The notes under the pieces were generated by a model. The model saw nothing but the letters and a program-made list of their open reading frames with translations, did not search any database and was not told the DNA's origin. Source: Deltaproteobacteria bacterium (GTDB taxonomy: Bacteria; Bacillota; Desulfotomaculia; Desulfotomaculales; JAGUVT01). Taken from it: a stretch of DNA of 58,145 nt. Position numbers and translations under genes: made by a program. Location: the NCBI GenBank assembly GCA_020062745.1, contig JAGUVT010000017.1:1-58145 (forward strand). The letters are read 5' to 3'. Below, one piece after another: positions 46,563-56,497 of the stretch (positions are counted from its first letter, which is position 1; each line of letters begins with the position of its first letter).

Positions 46563-47327
46563 ATGGATACAGAAAAACTGTGGCGTGATTACCGGAATAC
46601 ACGGGATTCAGCAATCCGTCAGGAACTGGTTTTGAATTACTTATGGCTGGTTAAGTACCTGGCTGGAAGATTGGCTGTAAGGTTACCGCCTTGTCTCAGC
46701 CAGGAGGATCTGGAAAGTTGTGGGGTTTTCGGCTTAATGGAAGCTATAGATAAGTACGATCCCGGCCGGGGTATTAACTTTGAGTCTTATGCCCAGTGCC
46801 GGGTACGAGGGGCAATGATTGATGAGATGAGAAGGTTGAATTGGTTACCCCGTTCGGTATGGGACAGATTGAAAAGAATCAGTGAAGTAAAGGATAAAAT
46901 CCAAAGCGAGACCGGTCAGCCGGCTTCGGATGAAATGCTGGCTAAAGAACTTGGTATTAAAGTTGAAGAAGTGCGCAAAGCTGTCCGAAATTATCATATG
47001 GTTAGTTTATCTTCCCTGGAGGAAACCACGTTAACTGCCGAAGGCGAGCAGGTTAGATGGGGGAACCTGTTGGAAGATCCGCTTAGTCCCGATCCTCTTG
47101 AGTCTTTGGAGACGCAGGAAGCGCAGCAGATGCTGATTCAGGCGATTGACAGCTTAAGTGAAAAGGATCGTATCGTTTTAGCCCTTTATTATAAGGAAGG
47201 GCTGACGTTGAAGGAAATAGGCCGGGTGCTGGAGATTTCCGAGTCGCGGGTATGTCAAATTCATGCCCGGGCCCTGGACAGGTTGCGGAACAAATTGAAA
47301 GAGGTAGCTTATGAGCGGTGTGGTTAG
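46563..47327 (+). CDS. fliA: Flagellar sigma factor sigma28 (FliA/SigD)
   Basis: EDL.SCG.FGL.EAIDKYD, RGAMIDEMR, LTLKEIG.VL.ISESRVCQIH. Confidence 0.93.
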   Translation: MDTEKLWRDYRNTRDSAIRQELVLNYLWLVKYLAGRLAVRLPPCLSQEDLESCGVFGLMEAIDKYDPGRGINFESYAQCRVRGAMIDEMRRLNWLPRSVWDRLKRISEVKDKIQSETGQPASDEMLAKELGIKVEEVRKAVRNYHMVSLSSLEETTLTAEGEQVRWGNLLEDPLSPDPLESLETQEAQQMLIQAIDSLSEKDRIVLALYYKEGLTLKEIGRVLEISESRVCQIHARALDRLRNKLKEVAYERCG

Positions 47328-47730
47328 ATATCCTTCCGGTGAGGTATATTTACCGGTTGTTTTGCTGTTAGTGGTGCTGTTTGTTTGTATAGCAATTTAC
47401 CGGTTGTTTAAGAAGCTGGAGAAACATGAAACTTCTTTTACTCATGTTCTGGATGATTCGAAAAGATTGGAAGTAGCCGAACAGGAGGTCAGGTTGGAGA
47501 ACCTTGAATCGAGAATTGAGCTCATCATTTCTCTTATACTCGAGATAAAGGGGCAACTGCACCAGATTAATACGGTTTTTGCATCCAGGGAGGTAAAAGG
47601 GATCAGCCAATACGAAGAAATTTACCAGGCTTTTGACCAGGGGAAAGATATCGGGGAACTGGTCCGTCAGTTTGGACGCGACAAGGGTGAGATTGAATTA
47701 ATCCTTAATTTGCGAAAAGCAAGTAGCTGA
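47311..47730 (+). CDS. Membrane-anchored hypothetical protein (DUF2802/SwrB-like)
   Basis: N-terminal TM segment, coiled coil, C-terminal G.D..EL...GRDKGEIELILNL; follows sigD. Confidence 0.7.
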   Translation: MSGVVRYPSGEVYLPVVLLLVVLFVCIAIYRLFKKLEKHETSFTHVLDDSKRLEVAEQEVRLENLESRIELIISLILEIKGQLHQINTVFASREVKGISQYEEIYQAFDQGKDIGELVRQFGRDKGEIELILNLRKASS

Positions 47731-47743
47731 AGGGGGAACTGTC

Positions 47744-48502
47744 ATGCTGAGAGGAATTTATGCAGCGGCTGCCGGTATGGATGTGCAACAGGCCAGGTTG
47801 GATGTTCTTTCCAATAATCTGGCTAATGTCAGGACCGCCGGCTTTAAAAAAGAAGACTTGCTGGTCGGCCCGTTTTCCGAGCTTTTTTTGCAGTACCGTG
47901 AGGAGCCGTTGGAGAGACCGGAAGCCAACCCGCGGGTAGTGGGGCGGCTTAACCTTGGAGCACAGGTTTATGAGGTGATCCCCGACCTGCGTAATGGGCC
48001 GTTGCAAGAGACTTTTAATCCAACTGATCTGGCCCTGGAAGGCGACGGCTTTTTTACTGTTAATACTGAAGAAGGAACTCGTTACACCAGGGACGGCTCT
48101 TTTACGTTAAATCAGGACGGTTGCCTGGCTACTTCCCGGGGAGATCTTGTTTTGGGTGAGAATGGCCCGATTGCAGTAGGTGAAGGAGAATTTAAGGTTA
48201 GCTCTGATGGGGAGGTGCGGAGCAAGGGCCAGGTAATAGACAGACTGGCGCTGGCTGCTTTTAAAGAAAGGCTGGTTAAGCTGGAAAACAACTATTATGT
48301 TGCGCCGGCTGATGTACAAAAAGCGGAAACGGTCAATTTAAAGGTTAAACAGGGTTATTTGGAAAGATCCAATGTACAGGTGGCTGATGAAATGGTTGAT
48401 ATGATTGGAATAATACATATTTATGAAGCTAATCAGAAGGTGGTGAAAGCTTTAGATGAACTGCTTGATAAGGCAGTTAACCAGGTGGGCAGCGTCAAAT
48501 AA
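47744..48502 (+). CDS. Basal body rod protein FlgF/FlhO-like
   Basis: MLRGIYAAAAGM, NNLANV.T.GFK, DLALEGDGFF, YTRDG, LERSNV. Confidence 0.9.
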   Translation: MLRGIYAAAAGMDVQQARLDVLSNNLANVRTAGFKKEDLLVGPFSELFLQYREEPLERPEANPRVVGRLNLGAQVYEVIPDLRNGPLQETFNPTDLALEGDGFFTVNTEEGTRYTRDGSFTLNQDGCLATSRGDLVLGENGPIAVGEGEFKVSSDGEVRSKGQVIDRLALAAFKERLVKLENNYYVAPADVQKAETVNLKVKQGYLERSNVQVADEMVDMIGIIHIYEANQKVVKALDELLDKAVNQVGSVK

Positions 48503-48573
48503 TCACCTCATGTCATAAGGGGTAATTTTCAGGGCAGGGTTTTTCGATAATGTTGAACAGGAGGTGTCGGTTT

Positions 48574-49356
48574 TTGATTGGAGCTTTGAGTAATGGTGCT
48601 GCCGGTATTAATACTCAGCAGGTAGAGATCGATGCTGTTGCCCATAACATTGCCAATATGAATACTGCCGGCTATAAAAGAAGCAGGCCTCATTTTACTG
48701 AGCTCATGCGCCAGGCTATAGTTGATTCAGGAGTCCCGGTAAGTGCCGGGAATCAGCAGGGGATACGGAAAGGCCTGGGGGTGGCGGTGGCAGGTATCAA
48801 CCGGTCCTTCCAATCAGGGGGGTTGGTGGAAACGGACCGGCAGTTGGATTTAGCCATAGAGGGCGGAGGATTTTTGAAGGTGGGGTTGCCACAAGGTGTG
48901 ACTTGTTTTACCAGGGACGGTTCCCTGAAGGTGGATGACAGCGGGTTTTTAGCCACCAGTGCCGGATACCGGATTCTTCCTGAAATACAAATACCGGAGA
49001 ATTGCCGGAGTGTCAAGGTGGGAAAAGATGGCGCCGTTTTTGTAATCATGGCGGAAGGGACTGAACAGAAAGCAGGTCAAATATTGCTTTATAGTTTTAT
49101 GAATGCGGGCGGTCTGGCTTCTGTTGGTGAGAATTTATATCAACCCACGCCGGCCAGTGGGACATTGCAAGAAGGCGTGCCTTCCTCCGGAGAATTCGGG
49201 GTAGTTCACCAGGGGTTTTTGGAATCTTCTAATGTCGACCTGGCAGGGGAAATGGCAGAGTTGATTGAAGCCTCCAGGGCTCTGGGATTGAATGTTCGTT
49301 TGGTAAAAACGGCTGATGAGATGTGGGGTATGGCGAATAACATAACCAGGTTTTAG
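48574..49356 (+). CDS. flgG: Distal rod protein FlgG/FlhP-like
   Basis: HNIANMNTAGYK, DLAIEGGGF, FTRDG, GENLY, LESSNVD...EM. Confidence 0.85.
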   Translation: MIGALSNGAAGINTQQVEIDAVAHNIANMNTAGYKRSRPHFTELMRQAIVDSGVPVSAGNQQGIRKGLGVAVAGINRSFQSGGLVETDRQLDLAIEGGGFLKVGLPQGVTCFTRDGSLKVDDSGFLATSAGYRILPEIQIPENCRSVKVGKDGAVFVIMAEGTEQKAGQILLYSFMNAGGLASVGENLYQPTPASGTLQEGVPSSGEFGVVHQGFLESSNVDLAGEMAELIEASRALGLNVRLVKTADEMWGMANNITRF

Positions 49357-49380
49357 AAATGTTTTCCGATGGAGGGTTAA

Positions 49381-49887
49381 ATGCAGCCGGCAAATTTTAT
49401 TGAAGAAGCGCCGGTCGGGATTGCTGAGTACAGGATTACCAGCAGTCCGGGCCGCTTGATTGCTTTAGGGTTGGGATCTTGTGTTGCGGTTAGTCTTTAT
49501 GATCCGGTAGCAAAAATAGGGGGGCTTTTGCATGTTATGCTTCCGGATAGTACCCAGTTTAATCATAACAGTATTAAGAAACCATCTAAATTTGCCGACC
49601 TTGGCGTACCGCTGCTGGTGTCGGAGATTAAGGGTAATGGAGGGAAATCAAGTTTACTGCAGGCTAAAATAGCCGGCGGAGCCCAGATGTTTTCAGGGAG
49701 TGACAATGGTTTTGTGATGAATATTGGCTTGCGTAATGCGGAAATGGTCAGGGCGATTCTGCAAAAGTTGGGAATCAAGCTGATTGCTGAAGATACGGGC
49801 GGCAACAGGGGACGGACAATAATCCTGGACACCAGTAGTGGTTCAGTTTATGTGCGCTACGCTGGTTTGCCGGCAAAGGTGATTTAA
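49381..49887 (+). CDS. cheD: Chemoreceptor glutamine deamidase CheD
   Basis: LGLGSCV, HVMLP, KIAGGAQMF, IG.RN, DTGG..GR. Confidence 0.95.
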   Translation: MQPANFIEEAPVGIAEYRITSSPGRLIALGLGSCVAVSLYDPVAKIGGLLHVMLPDSTQFNHNSIKKPSKFADLGVPLLVSEIKGNGGKSSLLQAKIAGGAQMFSGSDNGFVMNIGLRNAEMVRAILQKLGIKLIAEDTGGNRGRTIILDTSSGSVYVRYAGLPAKVI

Positions 49888-49889
49888 AA

Positions 49890-50660
49890 GTGGATTTTGA
49901 TGAATTTAAGGAGAGGATAAGGCACTCATTTAAAATAGATCTCGGCGGATACAAAGAGAAACAGTTAAAGCGACGCCTTAATTCCTTGATGGGACGTTAC
50001 GGTACTGCCGATTATGGTTATTTTTATCAGTTGATGGTTGGAGATCGGGCAGTGCTTAACTGTTTTTTAGATAACCTGACCATTAATGTTTCGGAGTTTT
50101 TCAGGGATCCGAAGATGTTCCGGTTCTTAGAAGAAGTGATTTTACCTGATTTATTGCTAAAAAGACCGGGTTTAAAAGTTTGGAGCGCTGCCTGCGCCGA
50201 TGGTGCAGAGCCTTATTCTGCAGCGATTATTTTAGAAGATCTGGCGCCGGGTAAAAAACATATTTTAGAAGCAACCGACCTGGATCAAAAGATTCTGGTT
50301 AAAGCAAAGGAAGGCCGGTTTTCATCCGAGTCGGTGCGTAATGTTTCAAAAGGCCGGCTTGATCGTTATTTTCTAAAAGATGGCAAGGATTTTTTGTTAA
50401 AAGAAAGAATTAAAGAAAAGGTGATGTTTCGGTTTCAAGATCTTTTAACCGGGGTATTTCGTACCGGCTATGATTTAATTATTTGCCGTAACGTGGCAAT
50501 ATATTTTAATCGTGAAAGCCAAAACCGGCTTAATGAAAAATTTGTGCAAAGCCTTAACTGCGGAGGAGTTTTATTTGTTGGAGGGAGTGAAATAATTATG
50601 AATTACGCTGAACTGGGGTTGACCAGGGTTGCTACCGGTTTTTACCGCAAGGATAAATAG
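49890..50660 (+). CDS. cheR: Chemotaxis methyltransferase CheR
   Basis: LTINVSEFFRD, WSAAC..G.EPYS, ICRNV.IYF. Confidence 0.95.
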   Translation: MDFDEFKERIRHSFKIDLGGYKEKQLKRRLNSLMGRYGTADYGYFYQLMVGDRAVLNCFLDNLTINVSEFFRDPKMFRFLEEVILPDLLLKRPGLKVWSAACADGAEPYSAAIILEDLAPGKKHILEATDLDQKILVKAKEGRFSSESVRNVSKGRLDRYFLKDGKDFLLKERIKEKVMFRFQDLLTGVFRTGYDLIICRNVAIYFNRESQNRLNEKFVQSLNCGGVLFVGGSEIIMNYAELGLTRVATGFYRKDK

Positions 50661-50676
50661 AAAGGGTGAGAGAAAG

Positions 50677-51291
50677 ATGAATCTTTCGCCGTTATTTTTA
50701 GATGCTTTTCAAGAGGTCGGCAATATTGGTTTGGGTAATGCCGCCACCTCTTTATCCCAGATGCTGAATGCGAAAGTAGAAATGAAGGTTCCACGGGCCG
50801 GTTTCTTGTTTTTTGAAGAAATTTTGCCCCTGGTAGGCGGACTTGAGGAAGTAGTTGCCTGTGTTTATTTAAGGGTGGAGGGTGATGTTCCGGGTACAAT
50901 TGTTTTTATTTTTAAACAAGAAAGCGCCTTTTATCTGGTGGACATGTTGCTCGGTCAAGAAAAAGGAACCACCGGCATGCTTGACGAAATGGGTGAATCG
51001 GTAGTCAAAGAAATTGGCAATGTTTTAACAGGCTCTTTTATAAATGCTATTTGTGCCATGACCAGCTTAAACATTGTCACCACTGTGCCAATGTTTGCTT
51101 TTGATATGCTTGCTGCTGTCTTAAGTTCCTGTTTTGTTACTATTAATAATGCCGATGATCAGGTATTGCTCATAGAGACTTCCCTTTTGCAGGATTGTGA
51201 ACAAATTACCGGGCATTTTTTCTTTTTTGCTGATCCTGCTACTCTGGATAAGCTTTTCTCATCCATAGGTTTTACAGCAGGAACGTTTTAG
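50677..51291 (+). CDS. cheC: CheY-P phosphatase CheC
   Basis: Two ExxN motifs (EVGNIG.GNAATSLS and EIGNVLTGS). Confidence 0.93.
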   Translation: MNLSPLFLDAFQEVGNIGLGNAATSLSQMLNAKVEMKVPRAGFLFFEEILPLVGGLEEVVACVYLRVEGDVPGTIVFIFKQESAFYLVDMLLGQEKGTTGMLDEMGESVVKEIGNVLTGSFINAICAMTSLNIVTTVPMFAFDMLAAVLSSCFVTINNADDQVLLIETSLLQDCEQITGHFFFFADPATLDKLFSSIGFTAGTF

Positions 51292-51349
51292 GGATAAGTT
51301 ACGACGGAATGTGGTCAAAAATTGCCCTTAAAAAAGGAGGTATTTACCG

Positions 51350-51718
51350 GTGGGAAAGCGTATCTTAATTGTAGATGATGCTGCTTTTATGAGAATGATG
51401 ATCAAGAATATTGTCAGCAAACATGGCTATGAAGTGGTCGGTGAAGCTGAAAACGGCGCTATAGCCGTTGAGCTCTATAAGGAATTTCGTCCGGATTTGG
51501 TAACGATGGATATAACCATGCCGGAAATGGATGGTGTTGAAGGGGTAAAAAATATTCGCCAGTTTGACCCGGAAGCAAAGATTATTATGTGCAGCGCCAT
51601 GGGACAACAGGCAATGGTAATGGAAGCGATTCAGGCCGGGGCAAAGGATTTTATTGTCAAGCCTTTTCAACAGGATCGTATCTTGCAAGCAATAGAAAGA
51701 GTGCTGGCAAGAAGTTAG
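51350..51718 (+). CDS. cheY: Chemotaxis response regulator CheY
   Basis: IVDDAAFMRMM, TMDITMPEMDG, CSAMGQQ, FIVKPF. Confidence 0.95.
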   Translation: MGKRILIVDDAAFMRMMIKNIVSKHGYEVVGEAENGAIAVELYKEFRPDLVTMDITMPEMDGVEGVKNIRQFDPEAKIIMCSAMGQQAMVMEAIQAGAKDFIVKPFQQDRILQAIERVLARS

Positions 51719-51743
51719 CGGAGGGTGTTTTATGAAGGGAAAC

Positions 51744-52784
51744 ATGAAGGAAATTTTATCTCAGGCTGAGATTGATTCGCTGTTGGCGGCTCTTTCTACC
51801 GGCCGGGTGAAGGCTGAAGACCTGAAAGAAACAAAAAGAGAAACCGGTTATAAATCTTATGACTTCAGGCGTCCAAATAAGTTCTCGAAAGAACATTTGC
51901 GGAAACTGGAAACCCTTCATGACGGCTTTGCCCGCCGGATCTCCACCTTTCTTTCCGGTTATTTGCGGTCTCCTATTATTGTCCGGGTGGCGTCGGTGGA
52001 CTCGTTTACCTTTGATGACTTTATCCGTTCAGTTCCCAGCCCAACCCTTTTGACAGTATTTACTTTAAAGCCTTTAAAAGGCGCTGCCATTATGGAAACC
52101 AATCCCCAGTTTGTTTTCCCTTTACTGGATCTTTTATTTGGCGGTCCCGGAGAAATGCCTAAAAAGGTGCGAGATTTAACAGACATAGAGCTTTCTGTGA
52201 TCAAAAAATTAAATGTTAAGATATTAGAAAATCTTAGTGATGCTTGGGCCGATGTTTATTCCGTTACGCCGGAGATTGAATCTTTAGAAACCAATCCCCG
52301 TATGCATCAGATAATTTCTCTAAATGAGATCGTGGCGGTCATAACTTTTACCACAGTGATTGGCGGGACTATCCGGGGGCTGTTAAATTTATGTTTGCCG
52401 CATGTGGTTTTGATGCCGGTATTGACCCAGTTGTCTTCTTATTACCGGTACTACACTCATGATATTTCTCCATCTGGTGGCGAGGAAGAAAAATTCCTGG
52501 AGTACTGGTTGCTTAAAGCGCCGGTGGAACTGAAGGCAATCGCCGGGAATGCCAGTATTACAGTTTCTGATTTTCTGCAGCTGCAGGTAGGAGATGTATT
52601 GCCGTTGAACTGTAAGATCGAACAAGATTTTGACTTATATGTTAATGACCGTTTAAAATTCAAAATCCAGCCCGGTACTGTCGGCTATCAGATGGCTGTT
52701 CAGGTTACTTCGTTAGTAAGCGAAGGGAGTTGTATGTGTGATGAACCGACTTCTGCGTCAGGAAGAGATCGATGCGCTTCTTAG
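51744..52784 (+). CDS. fliM: Motor switch protein FliM
   Basis: ILSQAEIDSLL, YDFRRPNKFSKE, DLLFGG.G, C-terminal SpoA domain. Confidence 0.95.
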   Translation: MKEILSQAEIDSLLAALSTGRVKAEDLKETKRETGYKSYDFRRPNKFSKEHLRKLETLHDGFARRISTFLSGYLRSPIIVRVASVDSFTFDDFIRSVPSPTLLTVFTLKPLKGAAIMETNPQFVFPLLDLLFGGPGEMPKKVRDLTDIELSVIKKLNVKILENLSDAWADVYSVTPEIESLETNPRMHQIISLNEIVAVITFTTVIGGTIRGLLNLCLPHVVLMPVLTQLSSYYRYYTHDISPSGGEEEKFLEYWLLKAPVELKAIAGNASITVSDFLQLQVGDVLPLNCKIEQDFDLYVNDRLKFKIQPGTVGYQMAVQVTSLVSEGSCMCDEPTSASGRDRCAS

Positions 52785-53856
52785 CGCCGATAAGGCAGAG
52801 CCGGAACAGTCGGAATTGATGGATTTAAGCGCGGAAGAAAAGGATGCGCTTGGGGAAATCGGCAATATATGCATGGGATCGGCTGCGACTTCATTATCCC
52901 TGCTTATAAACAGGAAAGTAGTTATTACCAGTCCTGAGGTGAGGATCCGTGCGCCGGAGGATATTTTTAGGGATTTCCCGTTTCCCTTTATCAACATCGG
53001 GGTTGATTTTACAGAAGGGTTGTACGGTAATAATTTTTTGCTTATGAAAACTGCCGATGCGGCGCTGGTAGCAAACCTAATGATGGGGGAAACCGAAGCA
53101 ACTGATTCGGAGACAGAAAAACTGTCTGAACTCCAGATCAGCGCTACTTCGGAAGCGATGAATCAAATGATTAGTTCTGCAGCTACGGCTATGGCGAGCA
53201 TGTTCGAGCAGAAGATAGGGATTTCTCCGCCACGGATAAATGTGGTGGAAGAAGGAGTGGAACACCCTGACCTCTTTAACGGCGGTTCAGTAGTGGTTAT
53301 ATCCTTTCATATGACTATAGAGGGTGTTTTGGATTCACAAATACTACAGGTTATGGGACTTGATGCCGCACGTGCCCAGTCTGCTCTGATTCTTAATCGT
53401 TTTTCCGAGAACTCCCGGTTATCAGGAGAAAAGGGTATGGCGCAGGGAGAGATGCAAGAAGAAATGCCGGAAGAAATGCCGGAAGAAACAGTGGGCCTTG
53501 CTGATCAAGGTCGGGCGGCATCAAAAACGGAACCTGTTCCACAGGCAGAGGGAACGGAGTATCAGGTACACGGTTTAGAGCAGAAAAAAATGAACCTGAT
53601 TTTAGATATACCGCTCAATGTTACTGTTGTTTTGGGTCGTACCAGAAGACCGGTTAGAGAGGTTTTAAAACTTACGCCGGGAGCAGTTGTAGAATTGGCA
53701 GAGATGGTTGACGAGCCGGTAGAAGTTTTAGTTAACGGAACCCTGGTGGCCAGAGGGGAAGTAGTGGTAGTTAACGAGAATTTTGGCGTGAGGATTACCA
53801 GTATCATCAGCCCGGTGGAACGGGTACAATATTTGTCGAATAAGACAATGATGTGA
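52741..53856 (+). CDS. fliY: Motor switch phosphatase FliY
   Basis: LRQEEIDALL, EIGN and EAMN phosphatase motifs, C-terminal SpoA domain. Confidence 0.92.
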   Translation: MNRLLRQEEIDALLSADKAEPEQSELMDLSAEEKDALGEIGNICMGSAATSLSLLINRKVVITSPEVRIRAPEDIFRDFPFPFINIGVDFTEGLYGNNFLLMKTADAALVANLMMGETEATDSETEKLSELQISATSEAMNQMISSAATAMASMFEQKIGISPPRINVVEEGVEHPDLFNGGSVVVISFHMTIEGVLDSQILQVMGLDAARAQSALILNRFSENSRLSGEKGMAQGEMQEEMPEEMPEETVGLADQGRAASKTEPVPQAEGTEYQVHGLEQKKMNLILDIPLNVTVVLGRTRRPVREVLKLTPGAVVELAEMVDEPVEVLVNGTLVARGEVVVVNENFGVRITSIISPVERVQYLSNKTMM

Positions 53857-53890
53857 ATATTCAGGGAACCGGGTACGGGGGAAATTATTT

Positions 53891-54637
53891 TTGAGGTTAT
53901 TGGGGATCAGCGATATTCACCTTTCTTTTGGTGCGGTGGTAGACCCGGGCAACTGGGATTCCGCAAGAGTCTATAAGCCGATGGATCTTTTTGGTGATGA
54001 ATGGCATGAACACTACCGTAAAATTTATCATAACTGGTTTAAGACAGTAGGCCCCGGAGACGTGGTTTTAATGCCCGGGGACTTTTCATGGGCGCGTAAA
54101 TTAGAAGAAGCCCGCTACGATCTGGATTTTTTAGGTTATCTGCCGGGTCTGATTATCGGGATAGCCGGTAATCACGACTACTGGTGGCAGAGTCTATCTC
54201 AGGTACGTTTAGCATTGCCGCCGAATATGAAAGTGATCCAGAACGACCATGTAGTTGTGGGAGATAATGTAGTCTGTGGTACCAGGGGTTGGCTTTGCCC
54301 GAATGATTCCTGCTTTACCGAAAAAGATCTGAAAATTTACCGGCGTGAACTGATTCGCCTGGAGAACTCCTTAAAGAGTATCCGGTGTGAGTCGGAAGGG
54401 TTGGAAATAACGGTGCTTATGCATTTCATGCCGACCAATGACCGGCATGAGCGCTCTGAGTTTATCGATGTGTTGGAAAATTATGGCGTAAAGAGGGTCG
54501 TTTATGGGCATCTGCATGCAAAAGCCAGCAGGTTACGCTTGCCGGATACCGCCTGGGGAATTAATTTCCATCTGGTCAGCGCTGATTATGTTGGTTTCAA
54601 GCCAGCTTTAATTAAAGATGGTTTCGGCAAAAAATAG
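53891..54637 (+). CDS. Metallophosphoesterase
   Basis: DIH, GD.SWA, GNHDYWW, GHLH motifs. Confidence 0.9.
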   Translation: MRLLGISDIHLSFGAVVDPGNWDSARVYKPMDLFGDEWHEHYRKIYHNWFKTVGPGDVVLMPGDFSWARKLEEARYDLDFLGYLPGLIIGIAGNHDYWWQSLSQVRLALPPNMKVIQNDHVVVGDNVVCGTRGWLCPNDSCFTEKDLKIYRRELIRLENSLKSIRCESEGLEITVLMHFMPTNDRHERSEFIDVLENYGVKRVVYGHLHAKASRLRLPDTAWGINFHLVSADYVGFKPALIKDGFGKK

Positions 54638-54685
54638 ATTGGAATATCATTTTTAAGCTTTGGTAACGTTTGTGAGGTATAAAAA

Positions 54686-54967
54686 TTGGTTGTAGGAATT
54701 ATGACAGTACAGCTTTTTTTAAGTGAGGCTGACACTTTGAAAAATAAAAGGAGGGTGCTTAAAAGCATTATTGATCAGGTTAAGGCCCGCTTTAATGTTT
54801 CCATAGCCGAAGTGGGGGAACAAGACTTTTGGCAGCGCTCCACTGTCGGGGTTTCTTTCGTATGTAACGAGGGGACTTATGCACATAAAGTATTTGCGGC
54901 CGTTATCAGGCTCATCGAAAGTCAGGGGATGGTGTCTGTTGTAGACTATCAGATCGAATTATTATAA
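54686..54967 (+). CDS. DUF503 (YlxP-like) protein
   Basis: LK.KRRVLKSII..VK.RFNVSIAEV..QD.WQR. Confidence 0.88.
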   Translation: MVVGIMTVQLFLSEADTLKNKRRVLKSIIDQVKARFNVSIAEVGEQDFWQRSTVGVSFVCNEGTYAHKVFAAVIRLIESQGMVSVVDYQIELL

Positions 54968-55143
54968 AAGAATTTTTTTATTTTTTGCCAGATCTTATTG
55001 GTCCAGGCCGGTGATTTAAGTAGTGCGGAATTGTAACTGGGGGGGAAAGGCGGGTTGAGTTTTATGTCCGGCTGGATTAAAATATGTTTTAGTTTGCCAT
55101 TTTTGTCCGGAACATAGTGCCATTTCAACTGGCTGTTTTCCAT
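54949..55143 (-). CDS. Small hypothetical protein (64 aa)
   Basis: ATG preceded by GAGGTG at 7-nt spacing; no recognised motif. Confidence 0.4.
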   Translation of the reverse strand: MENSQLKWHYVPDKNGKLKHILIQPDIKLNPPFPPSYNSALLKSPAWTNKIWQKIKKFFYNNSI

Positions 55144-55228
55144 GTCATAACACCTCTATATGATTATATACTTTTCGAATAATTATGGAAGGGTTTAATT
55201 TTGTCGATATTTGAGAACTCGCATGATG

Positions 55229-55257
55229 TTTGCTGATACGGGTTTTTGTGCTATAAT
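55229..55257 (+). promoter_or_regulatory. SigA promoter (extended -10) for ole-oapA-dxs
   Basis: TTTGCT-N17-TATAAT with a TG extension (TGcTATAAT). Confidence 0.7.
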
Positions 55258-55274
55258 ATAAATAAATTAGATAA

Positions 55275-55848
55275 GTGATGCAGTATCCTAGTCAAAACTG
55301 CTTTTTTGAAGGCGGGCCTAAAAATCCGTTAAGGGCACATCGATGAAGTTCCTGGTGCTGGCTGCTGACGCCCAGTTGGGGGTTGGTACTGGGAGTTAAG
55401 GAGGTGGGGCGACCTGCAAAGGCATGCAGGCGTTGACCCTGCCTTCGTGGAGACCCAAGTTTGTGGTGTTCACTCCGGCTTCGCCGGGGTGGTAAGCTAT
55501 GGCTTGGGATTAAACCTGCATGTGGTTACCACTGCGTGCAGCGTAGCCTGCCTTGAGTGGCATGGGAGGATTCCTGGTTTACAGGCCGGCCGGCCGTGGG
55601 CCCGCGGCGGTTGGCCTGGTGGTTGAAACCCTTGTTGCAAAAGAGGCTAGGGAAAGGAAGTTTTGTCGAGGAAAACTCCTAGGCTGTCTGGTTTGCCAGA
55701 ACAGGCCGGAGATTGCAGTGTGGACTGAGTGGTAATCCAGCCCCGGATGCGGCAACGTTCCGGAAACGGGCTTAAAGGGAAACCGCCGGTTTGGCGACAG
55801 CCGGTGACTGTTTGGGAAAACCTGCTGGACCTAAGCCACAATATTTAT
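55275..55848 (+). ncRNA. ole: OLE RNA (ornate, large, extremophilic ncRNA)
   Basis: Hallmark segments TGCAGTATCCTAGTCA, GAAGGCGGGCCTAAAAATCCG, GGGCACATCGATGAAGTTCCTGG, GTAGCCTGCCTTGAGTG, TGCAGTGTGGACT, TGGACCTAAGCC; ~570 nt; followed by oapA and dxs. Ends are approximate. Confidence 0.92.
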
Positions 55849-55895
55849 CCGGCCTGTTATCACTTATCTTGTTATATCCACATGAGGTGGCTTTT

Positions 55896-56497
55896 TTGGG
55901 TAACAATAAGTCTACCGTTTCGAGCAAGTATATTTTTTTGGTTGGCATTAGCTCCTTTTTGGGTGCTATTATTTTTACCCTGCTTTCAGAAACTTTTACT
56001 TCAAGATTAAATAACCTGATGTTATCTTTTATATTTCTATTTTTAATTATAATTGTCAATATCGGCGCTGACATACTTGGTACGGCCGTAACGGCTGCCT
56101 CTCACGTACCTTTTAACGCTAAGGCCGCCAAGCGCATTCCGGGGGCTCCACAGGGGCTGCAGTTGATCTGCAATGCAGACAAAGTGGCCAATATCTGTAA
56201 TGATGTAATCGGTGATATTACTACTACCGTAAGTGGGGCATTAGGGATATCCATTGTTATCCAATTATTAAAACTGGAACTGCCGGCAGGTCAGTTTTGG
56301 CTAAATATTTTTTTACCGCATTGATTGCGGCAATAATTGTATCCGGTAAGGCTGGCGGTAAGAAAGTTGCTCTCAGCAATCCTAATAATGTAGTTTTTTT
56401 TGCAGGAAAGGTATTGGCCCGTTTAGAGAGTCTGATGGGTTTTGGTTTGTTACGAAAGCGGCGATTTAAAGGCAAGCAAAAGGTGGGTAAGGTTTGA
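55896..56497 (+). pseudogene. oapA: OLE-associated protein A (OapA), split by a 1-nt deletion in a T7 tract
   Basis: DILGTAVTAA..PFNAKAAKRIPGA...NADKVANICNDVIGD, then a frameshift at 56308-56314 into FTALIAAIIVSGKAGGK..A; directly downstream of ole. Confidence 0.85.

Noticed and set aside
52741-52784. 44-nt fliM/fliY overlap as a frameshift or fusion
   Set aside because: Both proteins are complete; it is simply a short C-terminal extension of FliM.
53458-53488. 12-bp tandem repeat in fliY (EEMP x2)
   Set aside because: In-frame duplication in a variable linker; unremarkable.
55553-56074. ORFs 55553-55735, 55647-55841, 55729-56010 and 55772-56074
   Set aside because: They overlap OLE RNA or oapA and are spurious.
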